Positions 1 to 10,226 of a stretch of 64,000 bases of DNA are shown here, one piece after another. Where the stretch lies: IMG/VR virus record IMGVR_UViG_3300033075_001196, positions 60,388 through 124,387 of that record; one strand, 5' to 3'. Under the pieces are notes generated by a model. It was not told the origin of the DNA. It saw only the letters and a program-made list of their open reading frames with translations, and made no database searches. This stretch comes from a virus. Lineage: Duplodnaviria > Caudoviricetes. Each line of letters begins with the position of its first letter. The first letter of the stretch is position 1. The position numbers and the translations under genes were made by a program.

Positions 1-645
1 AAGATGCTTTATTGCTTGTGTACTAAATGTAGATAAATTTCCAGTAAATCCAACATTGTAATCTTTATATGTTGATCCAAATGCATGAGCACAATCCTCA
101 ACAATTAAAATTTTATGTCCAAAATGTTTTTCTGCCTTATTAACTATTGATGACAGTTTATCCATATCAACTGGATATCCACCCCAATGTACAATTGTTA
201 TAATTCTAGTATGTTCATTTATTAATCGTTCAACTGATTCCAACGATATATTCATTGTCATCGGATCAATATCCGCCCATATTAATTTTAAATTATTATG
301 TAGAATTGGCCAATTTGTAGCAGTGCACGTCAATGGAGTAGAAATTACTTCACTTTTATGATCTAATCCACCCCATTTAAAATCTGTTGATGCATATTCA
401 TAATATGTTGTCAATTTTCTATCCTTTTTCAACATATGATATATCAAATGTTCAGCTGACGTTGCAGAATTACATGTAATAGTATCATATATACAAAACG
501 GTTTTGAAAAGTAACTATTTAAATCCTTTTCAAATTGTTTTACTTTTGGTCCTTCACCAATATAACCACTGTTTAGAACGTCAAAAGCGGCAGCTGCTGC
601 AGCTGAAGACATATATACTTTAAATAATGGAATTTCATTTTTCAT
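1..645 (-). CDS. DegT/DnrJ/EryC1/StrS PLP-dependent sugar aminotransferase (5' part; runs off window edge)
   Basis: Manual translation from ATG 645: MKNEIPLFKVYMS..VLNSGYIGEGPKVKQFE..NSATSA..VHWGGYPVD..EDCAHAFG..TFSTQAIKHL; absent from the ORF track because it is truncated. Confidence 0.9.
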   Translation of the reverse strand, partial: MKNEIPLFKVYMSSAAAAAAFDVLNSGYIGEGPKVKQFEKDLNSYFSKPFCIYDTITCNSATSAEHLIYHMLKKDRKLTTYYEYASTDFKWGGLDHKSEVISTPLTCTATNWPILHNNLKLIWADIDPMTMNISLESVERLINEHTRIITIVHWGGYPVDMDKLSSIVNKAEKHFGHKILIVEDCAHAFGSTYKDYNVGFTGNLSTFSTQAIKHL

Positions 646-1340
646 TTTGAAATATTTAAATAAAAATTATTTTGTTTAATTTGCTTTGCAAATGTCTTTT
701 GATGTATTAAGCTGAATTTTCTATTAGATGTAACATCTTTAATATCTGCTGTTCCAATTACAGTAGCCCGTTTATAACCTGTTATTTTTTCATGGACATG
801 TCCAGTCCATTTAATTCTTTTTAAATTTTTAAAAATCCTCAGTTGTAAATCAGGCCAATTTATAATTGGTTCACCTTCATATTGATTGGAATGATCTACA
901 TTCCATCCAATTGATTGGGCATATGATAACTCTAAATTAGAAACTGTATTGACTCTTGGTAACCAAAAGGCTTCAATATCTGGATTTTCTTGTATTATAT
1001 CATGAATTAATAACAAATATGTTCCTAAATTTTCATCAGCATCAATCTGGAAAATATATTCCTTCGTACATTCTAATTTTAAATTGTTTTTAAAAGATGC
1101 AAAATCCCCATTAAGTGGAAACATAATGTGAGATATAAATGGATATTCATGTTGTAATTCTTCTATTAATTCTCTAACTTTTAAAGTAGAATTCGTTTCA
1201 TCAACCTGAATAACTATTTCATCATGTTGTTTGACAAATGGAATCAATTGTTTTATCAATGATTTTAATTCATCATGTTCATCACACACCGTAATTGCAA
1301 ATGATATGGATGGTATTTTATTTTTGATCATCTTCTTCAA
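642..1340 (-). CDS. Glycosyltransferase family 2
   Basis: N-terminal SFAITVCDE, FASFKN, IDADE (DxD), WPDLQLRIF, WTGHVHE motifs. Confidence 0.85.
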   Translation of the reverse strand: MKKMIKNKIPSISFAITVCDEHDELKSLIKQLIPFVKQHDEIVIQVDETNSTLKVRELIEELQHEYPFISHIMFPLNGDFASFKNNLKLECTKEYIFQIDADENLGTYLLLIHDIIQENPDIEAFWLPRVNTVSNLELSYAQSIGWNVDHSNQYEGEPIINWPDLQLRIFKNLKRIKWTGHVHEKITGYKRATVIGTADIKDVTSNRKFSLIHQKTFAKQIKQNNFYLNISK

Positions 1341-1818
1341 CTAAACTATTGTATAAATCAAATGCCTCTTCAAATTGTATTTTATCAAAAACTTTAATGG
1401 GAACATTATTTACTTTAAATAGACCCATTTCTTCTTTTCCATTTACTACGATTGGCAGATTAACCACAAAATGCGTGTTAATATCTTCTTTATCTTTCAA
1501 TTTTTCTACTTTTGATACACCCCATTTGAATCCTTGAATTTGATCAGCAATTGGAAATAGTACCCCGGAATGTTTAAACGCCAAGATTGGATACCATATA
1601 TTACCAGTAACAGTATCAATGAATTTAAATGGTAATATGTATGCAGGCAATTGATTTTCCAATTCCTGAATGGCTTCTGGTGAATTAATTGTCCACACAT
1701 CTTTCATGTTTTGGTAACCTGTACCTAAATCCATTCTATATGAGTCCTCAACTAGAACGGTTAATTCTCCAGTTATTGGAGAAAACTCATCGAATGAATC
1801 CTTTACTTCTTCTCTCAT
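1318..1818 (-). CDS. Hypothetical protein
   Basis: 166-aa ORF overlapping neighbours in the operon. Confidence 0.7.
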   Translation of the reverse strand: MREEVKDSFDEFSPITGELTVLVEDSYRMDLGTGYQNMKDVWTINSPEAIQELENQLPAYILPFKFIDTVTGNIWYPILAFKHSGVLFPIADQIQGFKWGVSKVEKLKDKEDINTHFVVNLPIVVNGKEEMGLFKVNNVPIKVFDKIQFEEAFDLYNSLVEEDDQK

Positions 1819-3122
1819 TGTTCTTTAAATTCTGGTATTTTGAATGTTGTTAATTCTGGGCTAGAAATTAATTTAGTTTCTTTAAATTGATCTAAATTAT
1901 TAAAAATATCCTCTATTTTATTTTTCATCATTTCTAATGAAAATTTATTTTTTGTTATATTAATATGTTTTTTGGAAGTATCCAAAAATTTCGCATACAA
2001 TTTATGACATGAATCTAAAATTTGTGAAGCGTATGTATAGTTTACTGTGAACCAACCACTTTCAGCCATTATCCAATTATTAACTGCTGATGGTGCTACC
2101 TGAGTTATTTGTCCTGGTAATAAATAACAAGCTTCTTGATTAAGAAAATCCAATTGACCTGACCATCCTGACGCAATGACTGGTTTGCCAGTTGCAGTAA
2201 ATTCTAATAATGGCCTACCAAATCCTTCCCCCTTAGTAAAGGATACCATTGCTTTAATTTTTTCATGATTGTATAATGAATTCATTTCATTGTCTGATAA
2301 TTCTCCGTGAATTACATAAACATTTGGTAATGACCCCTCATGCCCCTGATCTTTAATCAATTCACCAATTGTTTGTATTTTATTTTGTAGAGATAACAAT
2401 TCCAAATTGCTAAAATTTGCATGAGATGTTTTTAAAACTAATGCAGGTCTGTTTTGGGGTGCCTTTCTTTTAAATGTATTATAGAATGTATGTATTAGCA
2501 TACCTATATCCTTTCTATCAGCACCCAAATCTCCTTGTAACCAATGCCCAACAAACAAAAATGCATAGTCCTCGGTAACTGTTTTCATTAATGAATTTAC
2601 TGTAGAATCATTGCAAGTTATCTTTTTAAATATGTTGGTATCAATACCTTCAAACAACACCTCACAAGGAGCTGTTAATTTTAATACTTCGATAACTACA
2701 TCAGATCCTTCATTTTTCTTTTCAAATATAGTTGATTCGAATACCCGCTTTGAATGTTCTGACGATGTTAGCACTAAATGCATTCGATTACAACCTTCTA
2801 TCCATTCAGGTTTGCATAATGTTGTTTCTATTCCTGCAGTTAATCCAATATTATAATCTCCAACCGCTTGAAATTCATTTGGTATTGTACATTGGATCCA
2901 AATCTCTGGTTTATATGTTAATTGAGGAATTATCCTTTCATGAATGGCTCTGTGTTTAGGATCAGTCAACACTAATGCTGTTTGGGGAGTATCTCCCCAT
3001 GGTGTCGCTATGATATCAACATCATAACCCAAATCTATTAATGATGAAACAAAATCTCTAGACCTTGCACCGTAACCGCTTAAAGTTCTTACTGGTGCGG
3101 CGATTGTAACTTTTTTATTCAT
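1815..3122 (-). CDS. Glycosyltransferase, GT-B fold (GT4-like)
   Basis: SGYG N-terminal motif, RKDIG, KGEGFGRPLLE..GKPVIASGWSG. Confidence 0.88.
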   Translation of the reverse strand: MNKKVTIAAPVRTLSGYGARSRDFVSSLIDLGYDVDIIATPWGDTPQTALVLTDPKHRAIHERIIPQLTYKPEIWIQCTIPNEFQAVGDYNIGLTAGIETTLCKPEWIEGCNRMHLVLTSSEHSKRVFESTIFEKKNEGSDVVIEVLKLTAPCEVLFEGIDTNIFKKITCNDSTVNSLMKTVTEDYAFLFVGHWLQGDLGADRKDIGMLIHTFYNTFKRKAPQNRPALVLKTSHANFSNLELLSLQNKIQTIGELIKDQGHEGSLPNVYVIHGELSDNEMNSLYNHEKIKAMVSFTKGEGFGRPLLEFTATGKPVIASGWSGQLDFLNQEACYLLPGQITQVAPSAVNNWIMAESGWFTVNYTYASQILDSCHKLYAKFLDTSKKHINITKNKFSLEMMKNKIEDIFNNLDQFKETKLISSPELTTFKIPEFKEQ

Positions 3123-3125
3123 ATA

Positions 3126-4625
3126 TTATACTATTCCAATTTTTGTAACTTTTTTCTTAGGTTGCACTTTAATGATTTCTACCTTTGGTTTAGGTGTAAA
3201 AGTGTCTAGACATATATTGATTGCATCTGCCATTTTTGAGCTCATTATTTTACTTTCCATTCCCGCAGTTGTAATTAACCATTCTCTGCCTATTGAACCT
3301 GCTAATTTCCTTTCTTCTTTCGTTTTATTATACCAATATGATATTCCAGCAGCAACATCTTCAAGTTTGGCCCTATCGTCAAAAATATAAGGTGTTTCCA
3401 ATGATCCTTGTAATGATCTGTTTGATGGGATTATTGGATATGCCCAAGGACCATGATTTTTTAATATACCTGTATGGTTGGTAGTTAAATCTTCGGTTGG
3501 AAAGAATTCAGTGCCATCATCATTTTTATATCCTAATTGATCTTGCAATCCTCCAGTAACATTACTAATAATTGGTGTGCCTGCCATTAATGATTCAGCG
3601 GATGATAATCCAAATCCTTCATTACTTGCAATGTTGAGCGTAACATCAGCATTATTATAATAAAAATTTAATACTTTTGAAGGAATTCTTTCAATACTAA
3701 AAATAACTTGATAATCAGGACATATATTGTCTTTAACTGAGATTAAATCAGTTCCATTAGGATCTCTTGGATGAGTGTGAAGAAATAATACACATTTAGC
3801 TGCTTGTTCCTTAGGCAGTGTATCACAGAATAATTTATAAGCTAAAATTACATCTCCTGGTTGTTTTCTTCTAATATTTCTGTTATTCCAAAATACTATA
3901 AAATCAACATCTCCGTGTTTTTTAGCAAATACATCTTTAAAATCTAAATATTCTCTCCAATCAGGATCTGTTTCTGTTAATGGCCTGTATTTATTGGAAT
4001 CTATTCCGTGTGGAATATATGTTATCAAACTGGTATTATTTTTTTTCTTTACTACCTCAGCAGATTCCATTAGATCTATAGAATTATATCCACCATGTTC
4101 TAATACCTTTTTATGTATTATATGAGTCTGCTTATTAATTGCCATTAATAGATCACAAGAACTATATGCTGCCAAATTCCAATGTGGATATGGAAGATCA
4201 TCCCATATACTGTAATACATTATAGGAATTTTATATGTAGATCTAATTTCATACTCCATTGCATACAACCAAGTCCAATATCTCGGATCTGTAAAATGCA
4301 ATATTGCGTGAACTGTTTCATTGTTTAAAATGTGTCTAAGTATTCCTGCATCTCCATATCCTGAATATGGGTATAATTTAACCGATACATTTTCATATCC
4401 AGTTTCATCTTCAACAATTTTAGAAATATCTAAAATCTTTCCTTTGTCTGGATGATCAACTGTTGACGCTATTTGTATCCAATTAAATTGATTGGCGGTA
4501 TTGAATACAAATTCTCTGGCCATAGTACCAATACCTGATGGTGCATTGATATCATCTGCCAGTAATAATATTGTAGGCCTCTTTAAGGCTTCATCCGATA
4601 TCGGAATTAATTTTGGTAAATTCAT
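3126..4625 (-). CDS. Glycosyltransferase, GT-B fold (GT4-like)
   Basis: SGIG, PHGID, NRNIRRKQ, NEGFGLSSAESLMAGTPII motifs. Confidence 0.9.
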   Translation of the reverse strand: MNLPKLIPISDEALKRPTILLLADDINAPSGIGTMAREFVFNTANQFNWIQIASTVDHPDKGKILDISKIVEDETGYENVSVKLYPYSGYGDAGILRHILNNETVHAILHFTDPRYWTWLYAMEYEIRSTYKIPIMYYSIWDDLPYPHWNLAAYSSCDLLMAINKQTHIIHKKVLEHGGYNSIDLMESAEVVKKKNNTSLITYIPHGIDSNKYRPLTETDPDWREYLDFKDVFAKKHGDVDFIVFWNNRNIRRKQPGDVILAYKLFCDTLPKEQAAKCVLFLHTHPRDPNGTDLISVKDNICPDYQVIFSIERIPSKVLNFYYNNADVTLNIASNEGFGLSSAESLMAGTPIISNVTGGLQDQLGYKNDDGTEFFPTEDLTTNHTGILKNHGPWAYPIIPSNRSLQGSLETPYIFDDRAKLEDVAAGISYWYNKTKEERKLAGSIGREWLITTAGMESKIMSSKMADAINICLDTFTPKPKVEIIKVQPKKKVTKIGIV

Positions 4626-4658
4626 AAAACTTATTTAATATAAATATATTTTTAACTG

Positions 4659-5357
4659 TTATTTTATCATGTATTCACGATAGTTATTTAAATTATTCAT
4701 CATTAATTCTAGTTGATTTACTGTGAATCCAGTTGTAAAACAATTATAATTCATGATATTAGTACAAATTGTCTCAGTGTCTAATAATCCTTGTTTTATT
4801 TGATCTGATTGTGACAATTCAAATGGATGCATTAATCCAAATAAATGTCCTATTTCATGTGCTAAAACTTGTCCGTTATTATAATCAAACATCGTTTTAA
4901 AATTTATAAATACATTATCATATTTCGGAGACATTTGTTCAAAATCTTTACCCTTTTCAACTATAGTAAATCCTTGTAATGACACTTCTCCAATATCTTC
5001 AGATTTGATAATAAAAACATTTAAATATCCTTTTTCAGACCAATTATCAATAATATATTTTACTTGAGACTCATCGCCATATAAATAATTTCTAAAAATT
5101 CCATATAAATCTTTAGTATAATAATGTATTCTAAATCCCTCGACCATTTGAAATTTTACAAGTTGTCTGAATTCAAAATTTAAACCATTATTTGCAATCT
5201 TAACTGCATTATAATCATATTTTAAATATGATGGTTCATATGCTGTTGAATCATATATAAAATGATATAATACTGGAATAACTGGCTTTGATACTGATTG
5301 AGCTGATATATTAGTCATCACAATCAATTGAATGCATATGAATTTTAAAATATTCAT
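4659..5357 (-). CDS. Secreted zinc metalloprotease (metzincin, M43/pappalysin-like)
   Basis: HEIGHLFGLMH (HExxHxxGxxH), Met-turn NIMNY, N-terminal signal-peptide-like segment ending ISA-Q. Confidence 0.8.
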   Translation of the reverse strand: MNILKFICIQLIVMTNISAQSVSKPVIPVLYHFIYDSTAYEPSYLKYDYNAVKIANNGLNFEFRQLVKFQMVEGFRIHYYTKDLYGIFRNYLYGDESQVKYIIDNWSEKGYLNVFIIKSEDIGEVSLQGFTIVEKGKDFEQMSPKYDNVFINFKTMFDYNNGQVLAHEIGHLFGLMHPFELSQSDQIKQGLLDTETICTNIMNYNCFTTGFTVNQLELMMNNLNNYREYMIK

Positions 5358-5367
5358 TGAATACCTC

Positions 5368-5775
5368 CTAATTTAATATTAATAGTTTTTTATTGCTCTT
5401 TTCAGCCAACTTTTTGGCATATGATAATTCAAAGGTTAATGTGTTTCCCTTTTCAATAAATATAATTAGATAATCGCATTCATAAATTAAATGTTTGTAC
5501 CTATCTGATAGATGACTCATATGGTATTTTTTTCCATAATATTGCTCATCCATAGCGGAATACATTTTATATCCTGTATAGCTTGGGTTGAATTCTTTAT
5601 AACTCATATTCAATTCTAATGCCATTTTTTTGGCTATATGTTCAACCCCAGTAGAATTACCACCAGATAATATTGTTACATATGGGCCAAATTGCCTTTT
5701 AATTAATTGAAATATCTTTATAATTTCAGATTGATTATGATATGTTTCAGTCCCAATTATTCCTATATTATTCAT
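5368..5775 (-). CDS. SLOG/DUF2493 (YspA-like) nucleotide-binding protein
   Basis: IGIIG..ILSGG..GVE..A pattern. Confidence 0.5.
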   Translation of the reverse strand: MNNIGIIGTETYHNQSEIIKIFQLIKRQFGPYVTILSGGNSTGVEHIAKKMALELNMSYKEFNPSYTGYKMYSAMDEQYYGKKYHMSHLSDRYKHLIYECDYLIIFIEKGNTLTFELSYAKKLAEKSNKKLLILN

Positions 5776-6727
5776 TACATATTCTATTTGATCTTGGACA
5801 TAAATCTTCTCTGGTGTCGTATTTACAAAATAGACAATTTTTAAAATTCTTTCCAGCTATAGCTGGATATGTTTTATCTGTTTTATATGTGCCGTCATAA
5901 TTAAAACATTGTTCGACAAATTTACGTAAGTTTTTTGAAACTCTATTCAAAGAAACCTTTCCATTTGACGGAGAAAATTCCTGTATTCTTTTTTGTACCC
6001 ATAAACTATCCGGATCTATTTTTCTTTTTACAATAAAGTACTTAACATCTATCTTGCTAATATCAACATTTAACAATTTAGCAAAATGTCCTTTATAAAT
6101 TAAAACTTGATCCGTGGTGGTCTCATCTTTCTTTTTATAATCATTCCAACCCTTTGTAGAAGTTTTAATATCTATTATGATATACTTTAAAAGATCTTCA
6201 TCATAGAATATTAAATCTATAAATCCTGTTAATTTAATGGTCGGATAATCTTCATGTACCTGCGCCATTACTGGAAATTCGATTGCTATTAATTTTACCT
6301 TTCTAGTAGTAAAATATGATCCTCTCTTTTTTCGAAGATAATCTAATATTGCACAACCATCATTATAAAATGATGCCAATTCAGCTGGTGTTGAGAAATG
6401 TTTGCCAAACTTTTCCTTCCTTTCAGCATATTCCTTTGTCATGGCCGCCAGCAACATTTTATGTAAATCCATTTCATTTGCTTTCCGAACTGATTCAGTA
6501 TAAATCATTTTTAACCAATCTTGTATTACTGAATGTATGGCCTGCCCAAATACCAGATGTATAGATTCATCTGATTCTTTGACTTTCTGAATATAATTTA
6601 TCTCCCAGGATTTAGGACAAGTAAAATATTTACTATATTGCGAGAAAGAAATCACCCGATCACCTGGTTGTTTTTCTTCAACCAACTTAGCCAATGCTTT
6701 GGTACTTATGTATGTATCTTGCGACAT
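5768..6727 (-). CDS. PD-(D/E)XK exonuclease (RecB/Cas4-like, probable Fe-S)
   Basis: SFSQ..CP, FGQAIH, GFIDL, IDIKT, Q..Y, C-terminal CLFC..C. Confidence 0.85.
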   Translation of the reverse strand: MSQDTYISTKALAKLVEEKQPGDRVISFSQYSKYFTCPKSWEINYIQKVKESDESIHLVFGQAIHSVIQDWLKMIYTESVRKANEMDLHKMLLAAMTKEYAERKEKFGKHFSTPAELASFYNDGCAILDYLRKKRGSYFTTRKVKLIAIEFPVMAQVHEDYPTIKLTGFIDLIFYDEDLLKYIIIDIKTSTKGWNDYKKKDETTTDQVLIYKGHFAKLLNVDISKIDVKYFIVKRKIDPDSLWVQKRIQEFSPSNGKVSLNRVSKNLRKFVEQCFNYDGTYKTDKTYPAIAGKNFKNCLFCKYDTREDLCPRSNRICNE

Positions 6728-6729
6728 TT

Positions 6730-7254
6730 TTATTTTTTAATGTGATTCCAAACCGCCACACATTTTCTTATTTGATTATGGCAATCATCCAATGCCTTGT
6801 GTGCAACACCACCATGTTTCCAACCTTTAATTAGATCAGGAGCCAATGCATATAATGTTCTACAACATCTTTCCTTTCTAAAATTCCATGGAATATCAAT
6901 AGTAGGATTACATAAGGTATATGCAGCTGATAATATTTCCAAATCAAATCTTGGAGAATTAGCCCAAATAAATTCATTATTGTAAAAATTATTAAACTCA
7001 TACATTGCTTCATTAATACTGCAGCAGTCGGATTTTAATGAATTCCTTGATTCTTTTGATTGGCTCATCCACCACATTATTGTATCTGCTTGGACTGTCA
7101 ATCCTGCTTTTAGACAACTTTGCAAAGATATATTTCGATAAAATTCTTCACCAGTTTCTCCTGTATCTATATTAAACCTAACTGCCGCGAGACTTACTAT
7201 AGCACAACCAGATTTATTTCCCATTGTTTCAATGTCAACCATTAGATGGTCCAT
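6730..7254 (-). CDS. DEDDh 3'-5' exonuclease (Rv2179c/DexA-like)
   Basis: MVDIETMG, WAN..FD, HKALDDC. Confidence 0.85.
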   Translation of the reverse strand: MDHLMVDIETMGNKSGCAIVSLAAVRFNIDTGETGEEFYRNISLQSCLKAGLTVQADTIMWWMSQSKESRNSLKSDCCSINEAMYEFNNFYNNEFIWANSPRFDLEILSAAYTLCNPTIDIPWNFRKERCCRTLYALAPDLIKGWKHGGVAHKALDDCHNQIRKCVAVWNHIKK

Positions 7255-7255
7255 T

Positions 7256-7696
7256 CTATTTCAATTTAAATTGTTTTTTAATATCAGAATCCGAATATCC
7301 ATGATCTTTAAGATATGATATCAAGTCTTCTTGTTTGATAAATTGTAAATTAGAAACTGTTTCAGATTCGTTCCAACAAAACCTTTCACATAAAAATTTA
7401 ATAAGATTTGGTGATATTTTATCTTCAGATTCTTTATCAACTTTAGTATATTTTGTAAAAAATTTAACCTTAGGAAATAAATCTTTAAATAATTTATATA
7501 CCTCTCTATTTTGGAGTATGCCTACAGTATACTGTTGCAAATAATTAATTACTCCAATATAATCTGGAGACATTGATATCCACCTATTCATCATAAATGG
7601 ACTAAATTTTTTCTTGTCCGTTTCTGAATAATCATCCCATGATGGTTTATTAAAAAATACATCGTTGATATTATCAAATATACTCCGTTCTGCCAT
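7256..7696 (-). CDS. Clamp loader A subunit (T4 gp62-like)
   Basis: FSPFMMNRWISM motif; lies just downstream of the clamp-loader ATPase. Confidence 0.7.
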   Translation of the reverse strand: MAERSIFDNINDVFFNKPSWDDYSETDKKKFSPFMMNRWISMSPDYIGVINYLQQYTVGILQNREVYKLFKDLFPKVKFFTKYTKVDKESEDKISPNLIKFLCERFCWNESETVSNLQFIKQEDLISYLKDHGYSDSDIKKQFKLK

Positions 7697-7704
7697 AAAT
7701 TATT

Positions 7705-7971
7705 TTATGGATTTACTATTAAATTTGATTTAGGTGGATTTGGTTTCGTCTCCTCCACTTCTAATTGTTTTACTGGTGTTCCGCAATCATCACATCTCCA
7801 CATTGGAATTGGTATCATTGCATCAGCAGGCGTTCCTGAAAATATTTTAGAAACTGTTCTCATTGTGAATACCTGTTTAAAGAAGGTTCCACCACATTCG
7901 CATATGTGTGGTTTTGAATTATTCATTATCTGCCGCAGATATTCGGCTTCTGTCATTTGTCCTGGATTCAT
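7705..7971 (-). CDS. Small zinc-ribbon protein
   Basis: CECG...CDDCG. Confidence 0.65.
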   Translation of the reverse strand: MNPGQMTEAEYLRQIMNNSKPHICECGGTFFKQVFTMRTVSKIFSGTPADAMIPIPMWRCDDCGTPVKQLEVEETKPNPPKSNLIVNP

Positions 7972-7982
7972 AAAATATATTT

Positions 7983-8183
7983 TTAGTTAACACGTATAGT
8001 TTCAATTCTACTTTCCCCTGATCTGATGGGAATTATCACTCCTTCTGCATTCTTAAATTTATTCAATAATGGTTTAAATGTTTTTTTCATAACACCATCA
8101 ATATATTTATCTATTTTGGTAGGTTTGAGATCACCAATATTACAATAAAACACAATAATTGAATCTTTCTTTTCTGTTTTCAT
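7983..8183 (-). CDS. Hypothetical protein
   Basis: 66-aa ORF packed in the operon. Confidence 0.6.
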   Translation of the reverse strand: MKTEKKDSIIVFYCNIGDLKPTKIDKYIDGVMKKTFKPLLNKFKNAEGVIIPIRSGESRIETIRVN

Positions 8184-8186
8184 TTT

Positions 8187-8927
8187 TTATGATTTAAGTT
8201 CCGTTAAAATTTCGATAAACATAGCCATTACACCAATTTCTTTATCTACAATTTGATTATCAAACTGCATTGTTTTTGCTATAGCTAATATAGTAGCTGC
8301 CTGATGTCCATTTTTTGCAAATTCGTCTAAATTATCATATAAAAATCTATACAATTCTTCAAATGATTTGACTCTGGATTCAGCAATTATTTTTCTAATA
8401 TTTTTAAATGCGTCAGGTGGGTTTTTAAAAGTTTTCAATTCTTCTAAAATATCATCCATATAATTGGCAGCGGCTGCTATTTGGGCGTCTAATTTTAATG
8501 TTCCTGATTTGCTTAAACTTTGTAAATTATTTATTATCCTTCTCATGTCTGGATAACTTCTATTAATTACTGATGCAACATCCTTTTTTTCATATTTTAT
8601 ACCTTCCAAATCCAAAATCTCTATACATCTCTTTGCGACTTCACCTTTATTTGGGGGAAGTATATGAAATGGAACACACCGAGATTGAATTGGTTCTATT
8701 ATTTTTTCAACATAGTTGCAAGTTAAAATGAATCTTGCTCCTTTAGAAAAGGTTTCCATTAAATTTCTCAAGGCAGCTTGGGAATTACTAGTCATGAAAT
8801 CACAATTATGAGTCAAAATTCCAGAGCCTATAAAAAAATTATGATTTTTTTGCACTGATATATCATATACTTGATTGGTATCACCTGTTTTCGTGATTGA
8901 TATTATTTTTATTTTTTTTAATTCCAT
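8187..8927 (-). CDS. Clamp loader ATPase (gp44/RFC small subunit), C-terminal half preceded by a 41-aa C-intein
   Basis: VYDISV..HNFF..ILTHN|CDFMT followed by QAALRNLME, FILTCNY, IQSRC (SRC motif). Confidence 0.93.
   Translation of the reverse strand: MELKKIKIISITKTGDTNQVYDISVQKNHNFFIGSGILTHNCDFMTSNSQAALRNLMETFSKGARFILTCNYVEKIIEPIQSRCVPFHILPPNKGEVAKRCIEILDLEGIKYEKKDVASVINRSYPDMRRIINNLQSLSKSGTLKLDAQIAAAANYMDDILEELKTFKNPPDAFKNIRKIIAESRVKSFEELYRFLYDNLDEFAKNGHQAATILAIAKTMQFDNQIVDKEIGVMAMFIEILTELKS
8805..8927 (-). mobile_element. Split intein C-fragment (41 aa) of the clamp loader
   Basis: Blocks F/G: VYDISVQKNHNFFIGSGILTHN, Cys at +1. Confidence 0.92.
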
Positions 8928-10152
8928 TATATACTTTTTGTAATTGCATTATATTTTCTCCTTCAAAATCAATATTATTTATATAAGATAATATATTATC
9001 TTCATTTATCCAAATAAATTTAATTATATTTTTTAAACAATATTCAATTACTTGTTGCATTTTATTATCTTGGGCTGCCCATGTGCTTTTTGGTTTTACT
9101 TCGTATATAATATTTTTAGATTTATCATAAAAATCAACAATATATGAATGGGATTTCAATTCTGAATCGATCCATGGAATTCTTATTGTTTCAAATTCTA
9201 AATGTTTATTACTATTCCAGAATACTGCTTCCCAACTACTTCTGAATTTTTTAATAGATCCATCATCTAATATTATGCGGGCAGACCAATGGGTTCTAGT
9301 ATTTGTGATATATGGTGTAAATTCTCCAATGGCAATTTTGTGTTTCATAATCTCTGAATTTTTATGAGCTCTCTTTTTAAGATTATCTTTGCCTCTGTCT
9401 GTTTGATTAAATAATTTCATTTTAATAGAATTGATAGCCCCAACTCTCTTTAATATGGTCTGGCCAGCTTCTGTTTGATTTGATATTTTTCTAGTGGCAG
9501 AGGCCTTTTTGCATTTGATATTATAATCATAATATTTTATCCAAACACGATTTTTCTCGCATTCATCACAACAATTATTATAACTACCATGAAACTGTCT
9601 ATTATATTGTTCTATAAATTCAACACCACAATACTTGCATTTGGGTATTGGTATTTTCCATACTTGTGTCCCAATATATTGTAATATATTTGAAACTAAA
9701 TTATGATTAAAGTGAATATCTAAGTGACTAGACAATCCAGAAAGCGTTTTAAATTTTTTACCACAATATGGACATTGATTTTGTTGATTATACAAAATAT
9801 TTTGATAATCTTGTATTGGTTTATTTACTTTAAATTTTCTACATTTTCCAGAGGTGCAATAAGTTTTTTTAGTTTTGCTTTTGAATGGAGTATTGCAATT
9901 TAAACATATACAATCTATTAGTTTATTTTGATTTTTTATTATTTTTAATCTTCCTATTTCTCGATTAGCACATATATTACATCGTTTAACATATCCTCGA
10001 ACATAACTAATAAAACTTGATGGTTTGCCACAATCTACACAAAATTCTTCATTTAGTTGTTTTATAAAAGTATCATAATATTCTCTTATGGATATTTTAT
10101 GTTTTCTTAAATGATTTTTATTTAATTTCTCCCCACAAATATTACAATTCAT
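8881..10152 (-). CDS. Free-standing homing endonuclease (multiple Zn fingers + TnsA-like PD-(D/E)XK domain) between the split-intein halves
   Basis: Several CxxC and C2H2 motifs; FRSSWE..YIVDF..YEVKP. Confidence 0.82.
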   Translation of the reverse strand: MNCNICGEKLNKNHLRKHKISIREYYDTFIKQLNEEFCVDCGKPSSFISYVRGYVKRCNICANREIGRLKIIKNQNKLIDCICLNCNTPFKSKTKKTYCTSGKCRKFKVNKPIQDYQNILYNQQNQCPYCGKKFKTLSGLSSHLDIHFNHNLVSNILQYIGTQVWKIPIPKCKYCGVEFIEQYNRQFHGSYNNCCDECEKNRVWIKYYDYNIKCKKASATRKISNQTEAGQTILKRVGAINSIKMKLFNQTDRGKDNLKKRAHKNSEIMKHKIAIGEFTPYITNTRTHWSARIILDDGSIKKFRSSWEAVFWNSNKHLEFETIRIPWIDSELKSHSYIVDFYDKSKNIIYEVKPKSTWAAQDNKMQQVIEYCLKNIIKFIWINEDNILSYINNIDFEGENIMQLQKVYNGIKKNKNNINHENR

Positions 10153-10226
10153 ACTAATTTAGATTTATATTTACAACATATTTCGTATATAAATATACCC
10201 TTAACTAGTTAAAAACTCAATTTATA

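Noticed and set aside
586-606. GC-rich quasi-palindrome GCAGCTGCTGCAGCTG
   Set aside because: Encodes a poly-Ala run in the aminotransferase with no frame disruption
5768-6727. Cas4-like nuclease as a sign of a CRISPR system
   Set aside because: No repeat-spacer array or other cas genes seen; stand-alone copies are common in phage replication modules
8928-10226. Group I intron interrupting the clamp loader (and likewise recA)
   Set aside because: The flanks carry clear intein blocks and the intervening DNA is almost all ORF, leaving no room for a ribozyme core
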